A stretch of DNA of 64,000 nt from the human T2T-CHM13v2.0 reference genome, Homo sapiens. Where the stretch lies: assembly GCF_009914755.1 (NCBI RefSeq), contig NC_060936.1; one strand, 5' to 3'. Each line of letters starts with the position of its first letter. Position 1 is the first letter of the stretch. The notes below the pieces were generated by a model. That model searched no databases and had not been told where the DNA came from. It saw only the letters and a list, made by a program, of their open reading frames with translations. Shown here in pieces: positions 12,701-25,400 of this stretch. Both the position numbers and the translations under genes were made by a program.

Positions 12701-15700
12701 ACACAGCACAAAGAAGTTACTGAGACCTCTCCTATCAAACATTATATGAAGAAATCCCGTTTCCAACGAAGGCCTCAAAGAGGTCCAAATATCTGTTTGC
12801 AGACTTTGCAGACAGAGTGTTTCCAAACTGCTAAATCAAAAGAAAGGTTAAACTCCTTGAGTTGAACACACACATCACAAAGTAGTTTCTGAGAATGATT
12901 CTGTCTAGTTTTTATACGAAGATGTTTCCTTTTCTACCTTTGGTCTCAAAGCGATTGAAATCTCCACATGGAAACTCCACAAAAAGAGTGTTTCAAATCT
13001 GCTCTTTCTGAAGGAAGGTTCAACTCTGTGAGTTGAATACACACACCACAAATAAGTTACTGAGAATTCTTCTGTGTAAAATTATATGAGGAAATCCCTT
13101 TTCCAAGGAAGGCCTCAAAGAGGTCCAAATATCCACTTGCAGACTTTACAAAGACAGTGTCTCCAAACTCCTCCATCAAAAGAAAGGTTATACTCTGTGA
13201 ATTGATCGCACACATCACAAATTAGTTTCTGAGAATGATTCTGTCTAGTTTTTATACGAAGATATTTCCTTTTCTACATTTGGCCTAAAAGCGCTTGAAA
13301 TCTCCACCTGCAAATATCACAAAAAGAGGGTTTCACATCTGCTCTGTCTAAAGGACAGTTCACCTCTGTGAGTTGAATAGAGGCAACACAAAGAACTTAC
13401 TCAGTATTCTTCTTTCTAGCGTTCTGTGAAGAAATCCCGTTTCCAACGAAGGCCCCAATGAGGTGCAAATATCTGCTTGCAGACTTTACAGACAGAGTGT
13501 TTCCAAACTACTCTATGAAAAGAAAGCTTAAACTCCTTGAGTTGAACGCACACATCACAAAGTAGTTTCTGAGAATGATTCTGTCTAGTTTTTATACGAA
13601 GATGTTTCCTTTTCTACATTTGGTCTCAAAGCGATTGAAATCTCCAACTGGAAACTGCACAAATAGGGTGTTTCAAATCTGCTCGGTCTAAAGGAAGGTT
13701 CAACTCTGTGAGTTGAATACACACACCACAAATAAGTTACTGAGAATTCTTCTGTCGAACATTACATGAAGAAATCCCGTTTCCAACGAAGGCCTCAAAG
13801 AGGTCCAAATATCCACTTGCAGACATTACAAACAGTGTGTTTCCAAACTACTCCATCAAAAGAAAGGTTAAACTCTGTGAGCTGAACACACACATCAAAA
13901 AGTAGTTTCTGTGAATGATTATGTCTAGATTTTATAAGAAGATGTTTCCTTTTCTACCGTAGGCCTCAAAGCGCTTGAAATCTCCAGCTGCAAATTCCAC
14001 AAAAAGGGTGTTTAACATCTGCTCTTCTAAAGGAAAGTTCAACTCTATGAGTTGAATACACACAGCACAAAGAAGTTACTGAGACTTCTCCTATCAAACA
14101 TTATATGAAGAAATCCCGTTTCCAACGAAGGCCTCAAAGAGGTCCAAATATCTGCTTGCAGACTTTACAGACAGAGTTTTTCCAAACTGCTCCATCAAAA
14201 GAAAGGTTAAACTCCTTGAGTTGAACACACACATCACAAAGTAGTTTCTGTGAATGATTCTGTCTAGTTTTTATACGAAGATGTTTCCTTTTCTACCTTT
14301 GGTCTCAAAGCGATTGAAATCTCCACATGGAAACTCCACAAAAAGAGTGTTTCAAATCTGCTCTTTCTGAAGGAAGGTTCAATTCAGTGAGTTGAATACA
14401 CACACCACAAATAAGTTACTGAGAATTCTTCTGTGTAACATTATATGAGGAAATCCCGTTTCCAACGAAGGCCTCAAAGAGGTCCAAATATCCACTTGCA
14501 GACTTTACAAAGACAGTGTCTCCAAACTCCTCCATCAAAAGAAAGGTTATACTCTGTGAATTGAACGCACACATCACCAAGTAGTTTCTGAGAATGATTC
14601 TGTCTAGTTTTTATACTAAGATATTTCCTTTTCTACATTTGGCCTAAAAGCGCTGAAATCTCCACCTGCAAATATCACAAAAAGAGGGTTTCACATCTGC
14701 TCTGTCTAAAGGACAGTTCACCTCTGTGAGTTGAATAGAGGCAACACAAAGAACTTACTCAGTATTCTTCTTTCTAGCATTACATGAAGAAATCCCGTTT
14801 CCAACGAAGGCCTCAAAGAGGTCCAAATATCTCCTTGCAGACTTTACAGACAGAGTGTTTCCAAACTACTATATGAAAAGAAAGCTTAAACTCCTTGAGT
14901 TGAACGCACACATCACAAAGTAGTTTCTGAGAATGATTCTGTCTTGTTTTTATACAAAGTTATTTCCGTTTCTATGATTGGCCTCAAAGCGATTGAAATC
15001 TCCAACTGGAAACTGCACAAATAGGGTGTTTCAAATCTGCTCTGTCTAAAGGAAGGTTCAACTCTGTGAGTTGAATACACACACCACAAATAAGTTACTG
15101 AGAATTCTTCTGTCGAACATTACATGAAGAAATCCCGTATCCAATGAAGGCCTCAAAGAGGTCCAAATATCCACTTGCAGACATTACAAACAGAGTGTTT
15201 CCAAACTGCTCCATCAAAAGAAAGGTTAAACTCTGTGAGCTGAACACACACATCAAAAAGAAGTTTCTGTGAATGATTCTGTCTAGATTTTATAAGAAGA
15301 TGTTTGCTTTTCTACCGTAGGCCTCAAAGCGCTTGAAATCTCCAGCTGCAAATTCCACAAAAAGGGTGTTTAACATCTGCTCTTCTAAAGGAAAGTTCAA
15401 CTCTATGAGTTGAATACACACAGCACAAAGAAGTTACTGAGACTTCTCCTATCAAACATTATATGAAGAAATCCCGTTTCCAACGAAGGCCTCAAAGAGG
15501 TCCAAATATCTGCTTGCCGAATTTACAGACAGACTGTTTCCAAACTGCTCCATCAAAAGAAAGGTTAACCTCCTTGAGTTGAACACACACATCACAAAGT
15601 AGTTTCTGTGAATGATTCTGTCTAGTTTTTATACGAAGATGTTTCCTTTTCTACCTTTGGTCTCAATGCGATTGAAATCTCCACATGGAAACTCCACAAA

Positions 15701-17647
15701 AAGAGTGTTTCAAATCTGCTCTGTCTAAAGGAAGGTTCAACTCTGTGAGTTGAATACACACACCACAATTAAGTTACTGAGAATTCTTCTGTGTAACATT
15801 ATATGAGGAAATCCCGTTTCCAACGAAGGCCTCAAAGAGGTCCAAATATCCACTTGCAGACTTTACAAAGACAGTGTCTCCAAACTCCTCCATCAAAAGA
15901 AAGGTTATGCTCTGTGAATTGATCGCACACATCACAAAGTAGTTTCTGAGAATGATTCTGTCTAGTTTTTATACGAAGATATTTCCTTTTCTACATTTGG
16001 CCTAAAAGCGCTTGAAATCTCCACCTGCAAATATCACAAAAAGAGGGTTTCACATCTGCTCTGTCTAAAGGACAGTTCACCTCTGTGAGTTGAATAGAGG
16101 CAACACAAAGAACTTACTCAGTATTCTTCTTTCTAGCGTTCTGTGAAGAAATCCCGTTTCCAACGAAGGCCCCAATGAGGTGCAAATATCTGCTTGCAGA
16201 CTTTACAGACAGAGTGTTTCCAAACTACTCTATGAAAAGAAAGCTTAAACTCCTTGAGTTGAACGCACACATCACAAAGTAGTTTCTGAGAATGATTCTG
16301 TCTAGTTTTTATACGAAGATGTTTCCTTTTCTACATTTGGTCTCAAAGCGATTGAAATCTCCAACTGGAAACTGCACAAATAGGGTGTTTCAAATCTGCT
16401 CTGTCTAAAGGAAGGTTCAACTCTGTGAGTTGAATACACACACCACAAATAAGTTACTGAGAATTCTTCTGTCGAACATTACTTGAAGAAATCCCGTTTC
16501 CAACGAAGGCCTCAAAGAGGTCCAAATATCCACTTGCAGACATTACAAAAGGAGTGTTTCCAAACTGCTCCATCAAAAGAAAGGTTAAACTCTGTGAGCT
16601 GAACACACACATCAAAAAGAAGTTTCTGTGAATGATTCTGTCTAGATTTTATAAGAAGATGTTTCCTTTTCTACCGTAGGCCTCAAAGCGCTTGAAATCT
16701 CCAGCTGCAAATTCCACAAAAAGGGTGTTTAACATCTGCTCTTCTAAAGGAAAGTTCAACTCTATGAGTTGAATACACACAGCACAAAGAAGTTACTGAG
16801 ACTTCTCCTATCAAACATTATATGAAGAAATCCCGTTTCCAACGAAGGCCTCAAAGAGGTCCAAATATCTGCTTGCAGACTTTAAAGACAGAGTTTTTCC
16901 AAACTGCTCCATCAAAAGAAAGGTTAAACTCCTTGAGTTGAACACACACATCACAAAGTAGTTTCTGTGAATGATTCTGTCTAGTTTTTATACGAAGATG
17001 TTTCCTTTTCTACCTTTGGTCTCAAAGCGATTGAAATCTCCACATGGAAACTCCACAAAAAGAGTGTTTCAAATCTGCTCTTTCTGAAGGAAGGTTCAAC
17101 TCTGTGAGTTAAATACACACACCACAAATAAGTTACTGAGAATTCTTCTGTGTAACATTATATGAGGAAATCCCGTTTCCAACGAAGGCCTCAAAGAGGT
17201 CCAAATATCCACTTGCAGACTTTACAAAGACAGTGTCTCCAAACTCCTCCATCAAAAGAAAGGTTATGCTCTGTGAATTGATCGCACACATCACAAAGTA
17301 GTTTCTGAGAATGATTCTGTCTAGTTTTTATACGAAGATATTTCCTTTTCTACATTTGGCCTAAAAGCGCTTGAAATCTCCACCTGCAAATATCACAAAA
17401 AGAGGGTTTCACATCTGCTCTGTCTAAAGGACAGTTCACCTCTGTGAGTTGAATAGAGGCAACACAAAGAACTTACTCAGTATTCTTCTTTCTAGCGTTC
17501 TGTGAAGAAATCCCGTTTCCAACGAAGGCCCCAATGAGGTGCAAATATCTGCTTGCAGACTTTACAGACAGAGTGTTTCCAAACTACTCTATGAAAAGAA
17601 AGCTTAAACTCCTTGAGTTGAACGCACACATCACAAAGTAGTTTCTG

Positions 17648-18665
17648 AGAATGATTCTGTCTAGTTTTTATACGAAGATGTTTCCTTTTCTACATTTGGT
17701 CTCAAAGCGATTGAAATCTCCAACTGGAAACTGCACAAATAGGGTGTTTCAAATCTGCTCGGTCTAAAGGAAGGTTCAAATCTGTGAGTTGAATACACAC
17801 ACCACAAATAAGTTACTGAGAATTCTTCTGTCGAACATTACTTGAAGAAATCCCGTTTCTAACGAAGGCCTCAAAGAGGTCCAAATATCCACTTGCAGAC
17901 ATTACAAACAGAGTGTTTCCAAACTGCTCCATCAAAAGAAAGGTTAAACTCTGTGAGCTGAACACACACATCAAAAAGAAGTTTCTGTGAATGATTCTGT
18001 CTAGATTTTATAAGAAGATGTTTCCTTTTCTACCGTAGGCCTCAAAGCGCTTGAAATCTCCAGCTGCAAATTCCACTAAAAGGGTGTTTAACATCTGCTC
18101 TTCTAAAGGAAAGTTCAACTCTATGAGTTGAATACACACAGCACAAAGAAGTTACTGAGACTTCTCCTATCAAACATTATATGAAGAAATCCCGTTTCCA
18201 ACGATGGCCTCAAAGAGGTCCAAATATCTGCTTGCAGATTTACAAAGACAGTGTCTCCAAACTCCTCCATCAAAAGAAATGTTATACTCTGTGAATTGAA
18301 CGCACACATCACAAAGTAGTTTCTGAGAATGATTCTGTCTAGTTTTTATACGAAGATATTTCCTTTTCTACATTTGGCCTAAAAGCGCTTGAAATCTCCA
18401 CCTGCAAATATCACAAAAAGAGGGTTTCACATCTGCTCTGTCTAAAGGACAGTTCACCTCTGTGAGTTGAATAGAGGCAACACAAAGAACTTACTCAGTA
18501 TTCTTCTTTCTAGCGTTCTGTGAAGAAATCCCGTTTCCAACGAAGGCCCCAAAGAGGTCCAAATATCTGCTTGCAGACTTTACAGACAGAGTGTTTCCAA
18601 ACTACTCTATGAAAAGAAAGCTTAAACTCCTTGAGTTGAACGCACACATCACAAAGTAGTTTCTG
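17648..18665 (-). repeat. Variant HOR: 6-mer A - B/C hybrid - D (1,018 bp)
   Basis: B switches to C at ~18238 (GCAGATTTACAAAGACAGTGTCTCC). D starts at 18326 and the next A at 18666. Confidence 0.88.
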
Positions 18666-20025
18666 AGAATGATTCTGTCTAGTTTTTATACGAAGATGTT
18701 TCCTTTTCTACATTTGGTCTCAAAGCGATTGAAATCTCCAACTGGAAACTGCACAAATAGGGTGTTTCAAATCTGCTCTGTCTAAAGGAAGGTTCAACTC
18801 TGTGAGTTGAATACACACACCACAAATAAGTTACTGAGAATTCTTCTGTCGAACATTACTTGAAGAAATCCCGTTTCCAACGAAGGCCTCAAAGAGGTCC
18901 AAATATCCACTTGCAGACATTACAAACAGAGTGTTTCCAAACTGCTCCATCAAAAGAAAGGTTAAACTCTGTGAGCTGAACACACACATCAAAAAGAAGT
19001 TTCTGTGAATGATTCTGTCTAGATTTTATAAGAAGATGTTTCCTTTTCCTACCGTAGGCCTCAAAGCGCTTGAAATCTCCAGCTGCAAATTCCACAAAAA
19101 GGGTGTTTAACATCTGCTCTTCTAAAGGAAAGTTCAACTCTATGCGTTGAATACACAAGGCACAAAGAAGTTACTGAGACTTCTCCTATCAAACATTATA
19201 TGAAGAAATCCCGTTTCCAAGGAAGGCCTCAAAGAGGTCCAAATATCTGCTTGCAGACTTTACAGACAGAGTGTTTCCAAACTGCTAAATCAAAAGAAAG
19301 GTTAAACTCCTTGAGTTGAACACACACATCACAAAGTAGTTTCTGTGAATGATTCTGTCTAGTTTTTATACGAAGATGTTTCCTTTTCTACCTTTGGTCT
19401 CAAAGCGATTGAAATCTCCACATGGAAACTCCACAAAAAGTGTGTTTCAAATCTGCTCTTTCTGAAGGAAGGTTCAACTCTGTGAGTTGAATACACACAC
19501 CACAAATAAGTTACTGAGAATTCTTCTGTGTAAAATTATATGAGGAAATCCCTTTTCCAAGGAAGGCCTCAAAGAGGTCCAAATATCCACTTGCAGACTT
19601 TACAAAGACAGTGTATCCAAACTCCTCCATCAAAAGAAAGGTTAGACTCTGTGAATTGATCGCACACATCACAAAGTAGTTTCTGAGAATGATTCTGTCT
19701 AGTTTTTATACGAAGATATTTCCTTTTCTACATTTGGCCTAAAAGCGCTTGAAATCTCCACCTGCAAATATCACAAAAAGAGGGTTTCACATCTGCTCTG
19801 TCTAAAGGACAGTTCACCTCTGTGAGTTGAATAGAGGCAACACAAAGAACTTACTCAGTATTCTTCTTTCTAGCGTTCTGTGAAGAAATCCCGTTTCCAA
19901 CGAAGGCCCCAATGAGGTGCAAATATCTGCTTGCAGACTTTACAGACAGAGTGTTTCCAAACTACTCTATGAAAAGAAAGCTTAAACTCCTTGAGTTGAA
20001 CGCACACATCACAAAGTAGTTTCTG

Positions 20026-20703
20026 AGAATGATTCTGTCTAGTTTTTATACGAAGATGTTTCCTTTTCTACATTTGGTCTCAAAGCGATTGAAATCTCCA
20101 ACTGGAAACTGCACAAATAGGGTGTTTCAAATCTGCTCGGTCTAAAGGAAGGTTCAACTCTGTGAGTTGAATACACACACCACAAATAAGTTACTGAGAA
20201 TTCTTCTGTCGAACATTACTTGAAGAAATCCCGTTTCTAACGAAGGCCTCAAAGAGGTCCAAATATCAACTTGCAGACATTACAAACAGAGTGTTTCCAA
20301 ACTGCTCCATCAAAAGAAAGGTTAAATTCTGTGAGCTGAACACACACATCAAAAAGAAGTTTCTGTGAATGATTCTGTCTAGATTTTATAAGAAGATGTT
20401 TCCTTTTCTACCGTAGGCCTCAAAGCGCTTGAAATCTCCAGCTGCAAATTCCACAAAAAGGGTGTTTAACATCTGCTCTTCTAAAGGAAAGTTCAACTCT
20501 ATGAGTTGAATACACACAGCACAAAGAAGTTACTGAGACTTCTCCTATCAAACATTATATGAAGAAATCCCGTTTCCAACGATGGCCTCAAAGAGGTCCA
20601 AATATCTGCTTGCAGATTTACAAAGACAGTGTCTCCAAACTCCTCCATCAAAAGAAATGTTATACTCTGTGAATTGAACGCACACATCACAAAGTAGTTT
20701 CTG
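20026..20703 (-). repeat. Variant HOR: 4-mer A - B/C hybrid (678 bp)
   Basis: Same B/C hybrid as at ~18238, followed directly by dimer A at 20704 with no D. Confidence 0.88.
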
Positions 20704-22401
20704 AGAATGATTCTGTCTAGTTTTTATACGAAGATGTTTCCTTTTCTACATTTGGTCTCAAAGCGATTGAAATCTCCAACTGGAAACTGCACAAATAGGG
20801 TGTCTCAAATCTGCTCTGTCTAAAAGAAGGTTCAACTCTGTGAGTTGAATACACACACCACAAATAAGTTACTGAGAATTCTTCTGTCGAACATTACTTG
20901 AAGAAATCCCGTTTCCAACGAAGGCCTCAAAGAGGTCCAAATATCCACTTGCAGACATTACAAACAGAGTGTTTCCAAACTGCTCCATCAAAAGAAAGGT
21001 TAAACTCTGTGAGCTGAACACACACATCAAAAAGAAGTTTCTGTGAATGATTCTGTCTAGATTTTATAAGAAGATGTTTCCTTTTCTACCGTAGGCCTCA
21101 AAGCGCTTGAAATCTCCAGCTGCAAATTCCACAAAAAGGGTGTTTAACATCTGCTCTTCTAAAGGAAAGTTCAACTCTATGCATTGAATACACACAGCAC
21201 AAAGAAGTTACTGAGACTTCTCCTATCAAACATTATATGAAGAAATCCCGTTTCCAACGAAGGCCTCAAAGAGGTCCAAATATCTGCTTGCAGACTTTAC
21301 AGACAGAGTGTTTCCAAACTGCTAAATCAAAAGAAAGGTTAAACTCCTTGAGTTGAACACACACATCACAAAGTAGTTTCTGTGAATGATTCTGTCTAGT
21401 TTTTATACGAAGATGTTTCCTTTTCTACCTTTGGTCTCAAAGCGATTGAAATCTCCACATGGAAACTCCACAAAAAGAGTGTTTCAAATCTGCTCTTTCT
21501 GAAGGAAGGTTCAACTCTGTGAGTTTAATACACACACCACAAATAAGTTACTGAGAATTCTTCTGTGTAAAATTATATGAGGAAATCCCGTTTCCAACGA
21601 AGGCCTCAAAGAGGTCCAAATATCCACTTGCAGACTTTACAAAGACAGTGTCTCCAAACTCCTCCATCAAAAGAAAGGTTATACTCTGTGAATTGAACGC
21701 ACACTTCACAAAGTAGTTTCTGAGAATGATTCTGTCTAGTTTTTATACGAAGATATTTCCTTTTCTACATTTGGCCTAAAAGCGCTTGAAATCTCCACGT
21801 GCAAATATCACAAAAAGAGGGTTTCACATCTGCTCTGTCTAAAGGACAGTTCACCTCTGTGAGTTGAATAGAGGCAACACAAAAACTTACTCAGTATTCT
21901 TCTTTCTAGCGTTCTATGAAGAAATCCCGTTTCCAACGAAGGCCCCAAAGAGGTCCAAATATCTGCTTGCAGACTTTACAGACAGAGTGTTTCCAAACTA
22001 CTCTATGAAAAGAAAGCTTAAACTCCTTGAGTTGAACGCACACATCACAAAGTAGTTTCTGAGAATGATTCTGTCTAGTTTTTATACGAAGATATTTCCT
22101 TTTCTACATTTGGCCTAAAAGCGCTTGAAATCTCCACCTGCAAATATCACAAAAAGAGGGTTTCACATCTGCTCTGTCTAAAGGACAGTTCACCTCTGTG
22201 AGTTGAATAGAGGCAACACAAAGAACTTACTCAGTATTCTTCTTTCTAGCGATCTATGAAGAAATCCCGTTTCCAACGAAGGCCTCAAAGAGGTCCAAAT
22301 ATCTGCTTGCAGACTTTACAGACAGAGTGTTTCCAAACTACTCTATGAAAAGAAAGCTTAAACTCCTTGAGTTGAACGCACACATCACAAAGTAGTTTCT
22401 G
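20704..22401 (-). repeat. Variant HOR: 10-mer A-B-C-D-D (1,698 bp)
   Basis: D dimers start at 21723 and 22062; the next A is at 22402. Confidence 0.88.
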
Positions 22402-25400
22402 AGAATGATTCTGTCTAGTTTTTATACGAAGATATTTCCTTTTCTACATTTGTCTCAAAGCGATTGAAATCTCCAACTGGAAACTGCACAAATAGGGTGT
22501 TTCAAATCTGCTCTGTCTAAAGGAAGGTTCAACTCTGTGAGTTGAATACACACACCACAAATAAGTTACTGAGAATTCTTCTGTCGAACATTACAGGAAG
22601 AAATCCCGTTTCCAACGAAGGCCTCAAAGAGGTCCAAATATCCACTTGCAGACATTACAAACAGTGTGTTTCCAAACTGCTCCATCAAAAGAAAGGTTAA
22701 ATTCTGTGAGCTGAACACACACATCAAAAAGAAGTTTCTGTGAATGATTCTGTCTAGATTTTATAAGAAGATGTTTCCTTTTCTACCGTAGGCCTCAAAG
22801 CGCTTGAAATCTCCAGCTGCAAATTCCACAAAAAGGGTGTTTAACATCTGCTCTTCTAAAGGAAAGTTCAACTCTATGAGTTGAATACACACAGCACAAA
22901 GAAGTTACTGAGACTTCTCCTATCAAACATTATATGAAGAAATCCCGTTTGCAACGAAGGCCTCAAAGAGGTCCAAATATCTGCTTGCAGACTTTACAGA
23001 CAGAGTTTTTCCAAACTGCTCCATCAAAAGAAAGGTTAAACTCCTTGAGTTGAACACACACATCACAAAGTAGTTTCTGTGAATGATTCTGTCTAGTTTT
23101 TATACGAAGATGTTTCCTTTTTTACCTTTGGTCTCAATGCGATTGAAATCTCCACATGGAAACTCCACAAAAAGAGTGTTTCAAATCTGCTCTTTCTGAA
23201 GGAAGGTTCAACTCTGTGAGTTGAATACACACACCACAAATAAGTTACTGAGAATTCTTCTGTGTAACATTATATGAGGAAATCCCGTTTCCAACGAAGG
23301 CCTCAAAGAGGTCCAAATATCCACTTGCAGACTTACAAAGACAGTGTCTCCAAACTCTTCCATCAAAAGAAAGGTTATACTCTGTGAATTGAACGCACAC
23401 ATCACAAAGTAGTTTCTGAGAATGATTCTGTCTAGTTTTTATACGAAGATATTTCCTTTTCTACATTTGGCCTAAAAGCGCTTGAAATCTCCACCTGCAA
23501 ATATCACAAAAAGAGGGTTTCACATCTGCTCTGTCTAAAGGACAGTTCACCTCTGTGAGTTGAATAGAGGCAACACAAAGAACTTACTCAGTATTCTTCT
23601 TTCTAGCGTTCTATGAAGAAATCCCGTTTCCAACGAAGGCCCCAAAGAGGTCCAAATATCTGCTTGCAGACTTTACAGACAGAGTGTTTCCAAACTACTC
23701 TATGAAAAGAAAGCTTAAACTCCTTGAGTTGAACGCACACATCACAAAGTAGTTTCTGAGAATGATTCTGTCTAGTTTTTATACGAAGATGTTTCCTTTT
23801 CTACATTTGGTCTCAAAGCGATTGAAATCTCCAACTGGAAACTGCACAAATAGGGTGTTTCAAATCTGCTCTGTCTAAAGGAAGGTTCAACTCTGTGAGT
23901 TGAATACACACACCACAAATAAGTTACTGAGAATTATTCTGTCGAACATTACTTGAAGAAATCCCGTTTCCAACGAAGGCCTCAAAGAGGTCCAAATATC
24001 CACTTGCAGATATTACAAACAGAGTGTTTCCAAACTGCTCCATCAAAAGAAAGGTTAAACTCTGTGAGCTGAACACACACATCAAAAAGAAGTTTCTGTG
24101 AATGATTCTGTCTAGATTTTATAAGAAGATGTTTCCTTTTCTACCGTAGGCCTCAAAGCGCTTGAAATCTCCAGCTGCAAATTTCACAAAAAGGGTGTTT
24201 AACATCTGCTCTTCTAAAGGAAAGTTCAACTCTATGCGTTGAATACACACAGCACAAAGAAGTTACTGAGACTTCTCCTATCAAACATTATATGAAGAAA
24301 TCCCGTTTCCAACGAAGGCCTCAAAGAGGTCCAAATATCTGCTTGCAGACTTTACAGACAGAGTGTTTCCAAACTGCTCCATCAAAAGAAAGGTTAAACT
24401 CCTTGAGTTGAACACACACATCACAAAGTAGTTTCTGTGAATGATTCTGTCTAGTTTTTATACGAAGATGTTTCCTTTTCTACCTTTGGTCTCAAAGCGA
24501 TTGAAATCTCCACATGGAAACTCCACCAAAAGAGTGTTTCAAATCTGCTCTTTCTGAAGGAAGGTTCAACTCTGTGAGTTGAATACACACACCACAAATA
24601 AGTTACTGAGAATTCTTCTGTGTAACATTATATGAGGAAATCCCGTTTCCAACGAAGGCCTCAAAGAGGTCCAAATATCCACTTGCAGACTTTACAAAGA
24701 CAGTGTCTCCAAACTCCTCCATCAAAAGGAAGGTTATACTCTGTGAATTGAACGCACACATCACAAAGTAGTTTCTGAGAATGATTCTGTCTAGTTTTTA
24801 TACGAAGATATTTCCTTTTCTACATTTGGCCTAAAAGCGCTTGAAATCTCCACGTGCAAATATCACAAAAAGAGGGTTTCACATCTGCTCTGTCTAAAGG
24901 ACAGTTCACCTCTGTGAGTTGAATAGAGGCAACACAAAGAACTTACTCAGTATTCTTCTTTCTAGCGTTCTATGAAGAAATCCCGTTTCCAACGAAGGCC
25001 TCAAAGAGGTCCAAATATCTGCTTGCAGACTTTACAGACAGAGTGTTTCCAAACTACTCTATGAAAAGAAAGCTTAAACTCCTTGAGTTGAACGCACACA
25101 TCACAAAGTAGTTTCTGAGAATGATTCTGTCTAGTTTTTATACGAAGATGTTTCCTTTTCTACATTTGTCTCAAAGCGATTGAAATCTCCAACTGGAAAC
25201 TGCACAAATAGGGTGTTTCAAATCTGCTCTGTCTAAAGGAAGGTTCAACTCTGTGAGTTGAATACACACACCACAAATAAGTTACTGAGAATTCTTCTGT
25301 CGAACATTACTTGAAGAAATCCCGTTTCCAACGAAGGCCTCAAAGAGGTCCAAATATCCACTTGCAGACATTACAAACAGTGTGTTTCCAAACTGCTCCA

